DNA of 64,000 bases. Source: Fibrobacteria bacterium. Its GTDB lineage: Bacteria; Fibrobacterota; Fibrobacteria; UBA11236; JADFYW01. A program made the translations under genes and the position numbers. Below, piece after piece: positions 57,442 through 64,000 of this stretch. The DNA is taken from contig JBNKOC010000028.1 in the NCBI GenBank assembly GCA_050294405.1, positions 352,001-416,000 of the forward strand, in the 5' to 3' direction. Each line of letters opens with the position of its first letter. Position 1 is the stretch's first letter. The notes below the pieces were generated by a model. That model was not told the origin of the DNA. It ran no database searches and worked only from the letters and a program-made list of their open reading frames with translations.

Positions 57442-59201
57442 TTACCGCCACTTTTTTATTGGCCTTCCTTTTCCTTGGGGGATGCGCCCATATAGAGGCG
57501 CCGCCGGGAGGTCCGGAAGATAAAACGCCTCCCTACTTAATGGCTGTATTTCCGGAGCCGGGAGCCGTGAATGTTCCCCTTGAACTCAATGTGCAATTGG
57601 AATTTTCCGAGTGGATGTCTTCGCGCTTTGCAGATTTAAACTATGTCCATCAAATAACCCTCTCCCCTATTCTTCCCCGTAAGCTCAAATTTGAAGTAAA
57701 GGGAAAAAAAGTAAGGGTATATAGCAATTCCAAACTGGAGCCCAACACCACATACATCCTTTCCGTAAATAACGGGCTTACGGATATGCAAAACCAAGCC
57801 CTGGCTAACCCCTTTCAACTGGTTTTTTCCACAGGGGGCCAGGTAGATACAAATAGCTATTCGGGCATGTTATTTGGCGATGGAGATTCTAAAGTTAAAA
57901 AATGGCTTGGCCTTTACCCCTTGGGTGAGATTCGCAACAGCTTGCAATATTTGCCGGGACATGGAAGCGATAGCCTCAAAACTTTTCCCGACATAACCAA
58001 AGAACGGCCCATGTATCTTTCTGCCAGTGACAGCATGGGAAGCTTTTCTCTTACGGGAGTTAAAGAAGGGGCCTATGTGGCCGTAGGTTTTGCTGATGCC
58101 AATGGAGACTTAAAGCCTCAGCCAGGCCAGGAGCCCATTGCTATAGGGGATAGCCTTAATTTTAAAGAGCCTTTGACCGGACAATGGAAGTTGGAAATGA
58201 GCAAATGGGAGCCTTTAAAGCTTTTATCTGCCAGTTGGAAAAAGGCCGCCGCGGCCGGGGATTCCACCAGCCTAAAAGGAATTTTAGAATTAAAATTCAA
58301 TTCTAAAATATTCTGGGAAAAAGTTTTACAGTCCCAAAGTTTTAAAGTTGAGGCAGTGGATTCAGGCTCTGTTCCTTCTCTGGAAATGCCGTTTTTAGAA
58401 AAAGGGGAAATCAGCGATGTAATTCGATTGGGGCTGCAAAATGTGCGTCCTTCCCAAAATTATGTGCTAAGCTGTTCGAGTCTGGTGGATGTATATGGTA
58501 ACGGCTTGGATAGCGTTTTATATAAGGCCAAATTTGAATCCAGCCCTGTTGAAGACAGTTTAAAATTTATATTGGATTTTCCCCAAGCCAAAAAAGGCGA
58601 TAGCCTTATTATTAAAAACCAACAAGTTTTGGCCTTGCACAATGGATATTTCCAACGGGGAGAATTGGCTAAAGACAGCTCCGAGTATTTTTGGATTCTT
58701 GGAAAAGACAGTATTTCCGTAAAACCTATTTGGCGGGATTTTTCCAGCTTTAACTTTCCTTTTACCCAGTCTGTGGACACCACTGGTAATTTAAAATTAA
58801 TTTCCAAAGTTAGCTCCACCGTTACGGACAGCTCGGGAAAGGATAGTTTGATTTCACAGGCTTTTACTTTGCTTGATTTTACCCTGCGTTCTAAAGAAGA
58901 TTGGGGGTCTTTATTAATTGAGCTTCCCCCGGCTCCAAATTTTAACCAGGGCAAATTGGTATCTCTTTTTAAAAAAGAAGACTACTCTCTAAATTTCCGG
59001 CAAAAAAACTCTTTAAAGCTGGATAGCTTGCTCCCCGGAAACTATCAGTTAGAAGTGTTTATGGATGAAAACGACAATGGAGTTTGGGATCCGGGTTCTT
59101 ATAACCCCTGGAAAGTTCAGGAATATTATAAATTATTGCCTGATACGGTTCGCATAGAGGCCAGAGAACCTGCCCTTATGTCCTTACAAAAAATGAAATA
59201 A
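57411..59201 (+). CDS. Ig-like (Big_5-type) domain lipoprotein
   Basis: Lipobox LGGC followed by A…PPGGP.D.TPP; FSE…LEPNTTY…FSTG; two D.N.(D/N)G Ca-binding-like loops. Confidence 0.78.
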   Translation: MEPHRKVNRIITATFLLAFLFLGGCAHIEAPPGGPEDKTPPYLMAVFPEPGAVNVPLELNVQLEFSEWMSSRFADLNYVHQITLSPILPRKLKFEVKGKKVRVYSNSKLEPNTTYILSVNNGLTDMQNQALANPFQLVFSTGGQVDTNSYSGMLFGDGDSKVKKWLGLYPLGEIRNSLQYLPGHGSDSLKTFPDITKERPMYLSASDSMGSFSLTGVKEGAYVAVGFADANGDLKPQPGQEPIAIGDSLNFKEPLTGQWKLEMSKWEPLKLLSASWKKAAAAGDSTSLKGILELKFNSKIFWEKVLQSQSFKVEAVDSGSVPSLEMPFLEKGEISDVIRLGLQNVRPSQNYVLSCSSLVDVYGNGLDSVLYKAKFESSPVEDSLKFILDFPQAKKGDSLIIKNQQVLALHNGYFQRGELAKDSSEYFWILGKDSISVKPIWRDFSSFNFPFTQSVDTTGNLKLISKVSSTVTDSSGKDSLISQAFTLLDFTLRSKEDWGSLLIELPPAPNFNQGKLVSLFKKEDYSLNFRQKNSLKLDSLLPGNYQLEVFMDENDNGVWDPGSYNPWKVQEYYKLLPDTVRIEAREPALMSLQKMK

Positions 59202-59208
59202 AACTATT

Positions 59209-59727
59209 TTGCAAATGACCATGGTAGCTTTAAGAAAATCAAACTTATTCCTGCGGACTATGTTTATAGCGGCCATTGCTTTATTGTTTGGAGGTTGCTA
59301 CACCTTTACAGGAAGCACCTTGCCCGCCCATTTGAAAACCATTCAGGTTTTACCTGTGGAGGACAACACATTAAATCCGGTATTTGCTGAAAAAATGACT
59401 CAGTCCTTAATTTCGGGCTTTGAATCCCGCAGTTCTTTAAGAGCGGTGAACCAAAACCCCCACTGCGAATTAAAAACCATTTTGAAAAGTTACAGCCACG
59501 TTCCTTACAACACCAGCGGCAGCGATGTAACTTCCTATCGAATTGATGTGAAAATATCGGTGCAATTTTTTGATAGAGTTAAAAACAAAATGCTTTTTGA
59601 AGAAGACAATTTACCTGGTTTTGGCACCTATTCTGTGACCAATGGACAAACCGAATCCGAAGGGCAGGAAGCCACCATAGCCAGCGTAGTGGAAATCATA
59701 TTAAATAACACGGTATCTCAATGGTAA
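59209..59727 (+). CDS. lptE: LPS assembly lipoprotein LptE-like
   Basis: Lipobox FGGC-YTFTG…LPAHLKTI; size and C-terminal W typical of FCB LptE. Exact start uncertain. Confidence 0.78.
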   Translation: MQMTMVALRKSNLFLRTMFIAAIALLFGGCYTFTGSTLPAHLKTIQVLPVEDNTLNPVFAEKMTQSLISGFESRSSLRAVNQNPHCELKTILKSYSHVPYNTSGSDVTSYRIDVKISVQFFDRVKNKMLFEEDNLPGFGTYSVTNGQTESEGQEATIASVVEIILNNTVSQW

Positions 59728-60584
59728 TTGAATTTGTAAAAATGCACGGCACCGGCAACGACTATGTATACATTGATTGTTTCAATCAGGATTTTCCTCA
59801 TGCCGATAAACTGGCTATTTCCCTGGCCCACAGGCATTTTGGGGTTGGCGGCGACGGATTAATTTTAATCAAGCAAAACCCGGCTGGTGACGGTGAAATG
59901 GTAATGTATAATGCCGATGGCTCCAAATCCCAAATGTGCGGGAACGGCCTTCGCTGTGTGGCTAAATACCTCCACGATACCTATGCCCCGGGAAAAAAAA
60001 ATTTAAAAATCCAGACGGGCAATGGTTTGCTGGATGCTAAAGTAATTACTGGAGACGACGGAAAAGCTAAGTCCATCACCATTAACATGGGAAAACCCAT
60101 TTTTAAAGGCCTGGAAATCCCCACTACCATTGATAAAGAAAGGGTTTTTGAAGAAACTCTGGAAGCTGGCGGCAAAAACTTTAGTTTTTCTTCGGTTAGT
60201 ATGGGAAACCCCCATTGCGTAATATATGTGGAGGATGTTAAAAATTTTCCTCTGCATGTATATGGGCCTTTGATTGAAAACCATCCTATTTTTCCCGAGC
60301 GGGTTAATGTGGAGTTTGTGGAACAGGTTAGCAGGCAAAAACTAATCCAACGCACCTGGGAAAGGGGTTCAGGAGAAACCTGGGCCTGTGGAACCGGGGC
60401 CTCAGCAGTTGCGGTGGTGAGCCGTATTTTGGGCATGACCGAAGAAGAAGTGGATATCGAACTTTTGGGGGGAGAATTAAAACTTCAATACCAAGAGGGC
60501 GAATCTGTTTTTATGACTGGAAATGCCATCGAAGTTTTTAGAGGCAAAATTGAAGTGGACCCCAACACAGGGGCTATTCTTTAA
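59721..60584 (+). CDS. dapF: Diaminopimelate epimerase
   Basis: KMHGTGNDY, GVGGDG, MCGNG, SMGNPH, ERGSGETWACGTG. Confidence 0.96.
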   Translation: MVIEFVKMHGTGNDYVYIDCFNQDFPHADKLAISLAHRHFGVGGDGLILIKQNPAGDGEMVMYNADGSKSQMCGNGLRCVAKYLHDTYAPGKKNLKIQTGNGLLDAKVITGDDGKAKSITINMGKPIFKGLEIPTTIDKERVFEETLEAGGKNFSFSSVSMGNPHCVIYVEDVKNFPLHVYGPLIENHPIFPERVNVEFVEQVSRQKLIQRTWERGSGETWACGTGASAVAVVSRILGMTEEEVDIELLGGELKLQYQEGESVFMTGNAIEVFRGKIEVDPNTGAIL

Positions 60585-61161
60585 TCACAAAGCCTTGAAG
60601 ACCCATATCCATTAAGTCCAGCAGTTTTTCATCGGCTTCCCGTTTGGATTTAAAATAGCCAAAGCGGAGTTTGTAAAATGGGGCATCGAAAAAAATGTCC
60701 ACATTAGCCCCGATTTGACTGGAGAAAGCCCTGCGCTTGGCCTGGGCTGTTTCGAACTCGGCCACTGTTAACAATTGAATGCGGTAATTGCTGCTGCTGG
60801 CTTGTTCTTTTTTGGGTTGAGGGGCTATGGCCATGGGCGATGTTGCGCTTTCTTTGGGTTTTTCCTGTAAGGCTACCTGAATGGGTTGCTTTACTAAGAG
60901 GCCATCCAGTTCCGTATCTTTTTCGAAATTTTTAGTAAAGGGAGATTCCTCGGCATTATCAGTGGCTACCTTAGGTTCGGCTTTTCCTGCCCAGGGTTTG
61001 TCAAAATCCAAATCCCATTCTTCTTCTGTTTCGTTACTTGGAGTTTCCACAGCTTCGACTTCGTAAGTGGTGGTTTCATTTTTTTTCAACAGCTTGGAGC
61101 AGTTTGTAAAAAGAAAGCCTAAGGCGATTAAACACGAGAGTTTTAAAAATTTTACATTCAT
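60574..61161 (-). CDS. SPOR-domain lipoprotein
   Basis: Lipobox FTNC after MNVKFLK (ATG 61161; the ORF track starts at 61206); C-terminal YRIQL…PFYKLRFGYF..KREA. Confidence 0.8.
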   Translation of the reverse strand: MNVKFLKLSCLIALGFLFTNCSKLLKKNETTTYEVEAVETPSNETEEEWDLDFDKPWAGKAEPKVATDNAEESPFTKNFEKDTELDGLLVKQPIQVALQEKPKESATSPMAIAPQPKKEQASSSNYRIQLLTVAEFETAQAKRRAFSSQIGANVDIFFDAPFYKLRFGYFKSKREADEKLLDLMDMGLQGFVIKE

Positions 61162-61186
61162 ATTAATTATTCTATAAAAGGTTTCA

Positions 61187-62032
61187 GTGAAAGACCCACA
61201 ACCCAATCATAAGTTTCTGGAAAAATATAAGAAAGTAATTTCTGAAAATAAGCAAAAGAAACAAAAGGCTATTTGGCGGGGGCTCATTTTTTTGTCTTTA
61301 TTGGCCCTGGTAACCTATATCGGCAAGGTAAAACCCAGGGAAACTAAAATTGTGAACAGCCACGACCTTTTAGGCTGGATTTTTTTAAAGGACCACAGCT
61401 ATTCTCTTTTTTTGGTGCTCCCCAACGATGGAGACTACTCCAACAAATTAGCCACAGGGGAGAGAGTGTATTTTAATCCCCATCCCCATCCGGGTTTTTT
61501 GGACAGCAATCATATTTTATATCACCCCCGTAGCCTATTTTTGATGGGGCAAATAAACAAAGAAATGATTAGCGCTTATTGTTCCAAAGTAGATAGTGGC
61601 CAGTATTTGTATTTCAATGGGCCGTCGCAGTGGCAGACTGAGTGCCCCAAGGCAAAAATTATGGAGAGCCAGGCTTTTTCTTTGTTTGAAGATATGTCTT
61701 TGGAGTCTGGGGTTCATTGGAATGGAGATGGAAAAGTGGAAGCCTTGGATTTAGCTTATGGGGGGCAGCACTTTCGAGTGGCTGAAAACCCTTCCCTATG
61801 CGAAGGAGGGCAAAAATCTTTGCAATTGTGTGTCGCCCTCAAGAAAGGGCCTTCTCCCCAAGGAAACCTAGGGCTTTTTTTGGCTCCGGGCCAGGCTCTG
61901 GTGAAAGGAAAGCTGGATTCTAATTTGGTCTTAAATTCAAAAACCCAGGCCCTTGGTTTTCGTGTTTTGAAAAATGGGGAGCTTCAAATAAAAAAACTTT
62001 GGCTTAGCGAAATTAACCCTCATTCTTTTTAG
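61187..62032 (+). CDS. Membrane-anchored hypothetical protein
   Basis: 281-aa ORF with basic N-terminus and one TM helix; no family recognised. Confidence 0.55.
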   Translation: MKDPQPNHKFLEKYKKVISENKQKKQKAIWRGLIFLSLLALVTYIGKVKPRETKIVNSHDLLGWIFLKDHSYSLFLVLPNDGDYSNKLATGERVYFNPHPHPGFLDSNHILYHPRSLFLMGQINKEMISAYCSKVDSGQYLYFNGPSQWQTECPKAKIMESQAFSLFEDMSLESGVHWNGDGKVEALDLAYGGQHFRVAENPSLCEGGQKSLQLCVALKKGPSPQGNLGLFLAPGQALVKGKLDSNLVLNSKTQALGFRVLKNGELQIKKLWLSEINPHSF

Positions 62033-62065
62033 GATTTTTGCCATGCATTTGCAGAATGAATGGGC

Positions 62066-63250
62066 TTAATCCAACATGTCTGATAAGTCTTCCCCTTCCA
62101 GAGTGAGGTCATCCAGCCAAAACTCGGTAGTATCTATTCCTACCAAATTAAACTCAATTCGTTTGATGGAAGTGGCCGATTCCAGCCAGCTTAAGCTGGG
62201 ACTTGGGTTGGCATCTGGAAAAATCCCGAGACTATCAAAGGAGATGTTAAGTTTTTGCCAATCGGAAGGAACTTGAATATCTGCGCTGTAGTGTTTTACA
62301 AACCCCAATTTTTCGATGGCATCGCTTTCAATGCTAACATTCAACCGGCCGCGCCCCTTGATATAAAAAGAAAGCCCTGTTGCCTGGCTAAAATCCCACA
62401 AGCTATCGGCATTGGGTCTGTTTCCAAGGAAATAACCCACTATGCCATAGTTACCCTGAGGGGTTAAAGTGGCAAACAGGGATTGAGAGCTTTGGTATCC
62501 TTCAGATGCAACTTCATATTTTGCGGTACCTGCCGACTGGGTGGAATAGAGATAGTTCCCCTCCACCAGAGCGCTCACACTCATTTGAGTAAGGGGCTCT
62601 TCAAAGCCTTCAATTAATACGGAGTTAAAAGAAACGCTATCACTAAGTTGAATATTCCCGGAGGATCTGACATCCAGGAATGGCCCCAATGCCCACATGG
62701 AATTATCAGAAAGCAGGAAAGAGCGGTAGGTTCCCTGGGAAACATTGGAAATTGAAAAAGAACCGTCGGATTCCAAAGAGGCCGAATAGGAGGAACCAGA
62801 TAAAAAGATGCTCTTTGCTACGGCACCTTTTCCTATGATGGTTCCGGATACCGAACCATAATTTTTCAAAACAAGGGAATCCTCGGAGAAAGAATCTCCA
62901 GTTGACTCTAACTCAGGAGCCAAAACGCCCCCGCTGGGATGATCCGCTTGTACCAGGTAAACTCCCGCAGGCAGAGAATCAAAAGCGGCAATTCCAGATT
63001 CGTCGGTTAAAACAGATTTGTATATAACATCGTTGCCTGCAAGGATATTTTTTAACCAGGAGTTAGATGGGATTGCCTTAACTGAGGCATGGGCAACGGG
63101 TTGTTTTTCCGAGTCGATTAAGGTTAAAGTCAAGGGGTTGCCAATGTCTGTCCCACCTCCGTCGGCCACAGGCTTTGTACCGCAACCCAATAGGCTCCAA
63201 GCTATTGCAACATAGAGGCCATACAGCAAAAATTGAATTTTAGGGTTCAT
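62066..63250 (-). CDS. Lipoprotein with two beta-sandwich (carboxypeptidase-regulatory-like) domains and a CBM11/CIA30-like C-terminal domain
   Basis: Lipobox LLGC, GGGTDIGN; DFSQATGLSFYIKG…WQKLNISF…FWLDDL pattern; ATGA-coupled to the upstream gene. Confidence 0.65.
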   Translation of the reverse strand: MNPKIQFLLYGLYVAIAWSLLGCGTKPVADGGGTDIGNPLTLTLIDSEKQPVAHASVKAIPSNSWLKNILAGNDVIYKSVLTDESGIAAFDSLPAGVYLVQADHPSGGVLAPELESTGDSFSEDSLVLKNYGSVSGTIIGKGAVAKSIFLSGSSYSASLESDGSFSISNVSQGTYRSFLLSDNSMWALGPFLDVRSSGNIQLSDSVSFNSVLIEGFEEPLTQMSVSALVEGNYLYSTQSAGTAKYEVASEGYQSSQSLFATLTPQGNYGIVGYFLGNRPNADSLWDFSQATGLSFYIKGRGRLNVSIESDAIEKLGFVKHYSADIQVPSDWQKLNISFDSLGIFPDANPSPSLSWLESATSIKRIEFNLVGIDTTEFWLDDLTLEGEDLSDMLD

Positions 63251-64000
63251 TGTTCGGGCTGGTTTTTTTTCAAACGTTTAGGGCGTTCTGGTTTTACTAA
63301 AGGGAAAAATTGAAAGTTAAGTTGAAAAATTTGATCGGCGTCTTCGCTTGTTTCGGCAAATTCTAATAGTTGTTTGCGGAAATTTTGTAACAGACTTTTG
63401 ACTCGGGAAATATCTTTTTCAGATATTCTTAATGTGGTCCCACTGATTTCCCGGAAGGAGTGCGGAAATCGGGTTATGGATTCTTTCCCTAATTGAATCA
63501 TGTCTTCGTGAAACTTGGAAGCTAATACATGCTTCACTTCAGAGTTAGTTTGCAATTTATTTTCAACGGGTTCCCAGCCATTTTTTGTTTTACGAATTAA
63601 TTTTAATTTTTTTAAGAGACGCAAAGAGCTGGAAGCTTCTTCTCGGCTAATTTCGGGCATTAATACCCGAGATACCCAATGAGAAGAATTTTTAAAGTCC
63701 GGCAAAGCCGTTATTTCACGGATAGCAATGTGCCACCAGTCTCTCATAATTTCCAACTGCTCATCTTTGAGGCTTACGGGAAGCGAGGTTTTTCTCAATT
63801 TAAAAAGCTCTGCCAGCCAGCGTTCTTTTTCCTTTTGAGAGTTGGCGGTGTTGAAGCGCGCTAGAGTAATTAAATAATTGCGTTCATCGTTGCTTAGTTT
63901 AAATGCTTTTCCAAATCGTTCAACTCCCTGAATGGATAAATGGCGCTCTCCGTTGATGACATTTTTAAGGGAGTTAGGAGACTTATACCCAGCCTTAGAG
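63247..64000 (-). CDS. TIGR02147-family protein (HTH + DUF4423), 5' end outside the window
   Basis: Frame stays open to the edge (…KAGYKSPNSLKNVINGERHLS…); WWHIAIRE, REISGTTL and QLNFQFFP motifs. Confidence 0.85.
   Translation of the reverse strand, partial: SKAGYKSPNSLKNVINGERHLSIQGVERFGKAFKLSNDERNYLITLARFNTANSQKEKERWLAELFKLRKTSLPVSLKDEQLEIMRDWWHIAIREITALPDFKNSSHWVSRVLMPEISREEASSSLRLLKKLKLIRKTKNGWEPVENKLQTNSEVKHVLASKFHEDMIQLGKESITRFPHSFREISGTTLRISEKDISRVKSLLQNFRKQLLEFAETSEDADQIFQLNFQFFPLVKPERPKRLKKNQPEQ

Noticed and set aside
1..64000. rRNA, tRNA, CRISPR arrays, transposases, integrases, prophage genes
   Set aside because: None recognised by eye; nearly all sequence is explained by the listed CDSs. 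tRNAscan-SE and cmscan would be needed to exclude small RNAs.

Overview
64 kb of AT-rich bacterial chromosome, most likely a Fibrobacterota member. This is an inference from a TIGR02147-type gene at the right edge, an FCB-style Ig-like lipoprotein next to lptE and dapF, and many secreted proteins with a short T9SS-like C-terminal tail. Left part (1-20 kb): accessory genes, namely Fe-ADH and SDR, a GH74 xyloglucanase, an orphan Tae4-type amidase with a probable immunity gene, pirin, a 1874-aa modular repeat surface protein and several secreted, probably glycan-active proteins. Middle (20-43 kb): a surface-glycan island. It holds a flippase-containing tailoring operon with no glycosyltransferase (O-acyltransferase, methyltransferase-kinase fusion, two amidotransferase-type enzymes, ACP, acyl-adenylating ligase, SGNH-like lipoprotein, VOC protein), two uncharacterised genes on the other strand, and three giant double-GT2/TPR glycosyltransferases led by a MerR-type regulator. 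Right part (43-64 kb): mostly core envelope genes (DUF349 repeat protein, complete tolQRAB-pal-cpoB, manA, STAS plus an atypical CheB-REC protein, M23 peptidase, lepB, lptE, dapF, SPOR). I saw no rRNA, tRNA, CRISPR array or transposase. All family calls come from motif recognition by eye; no database search was run.
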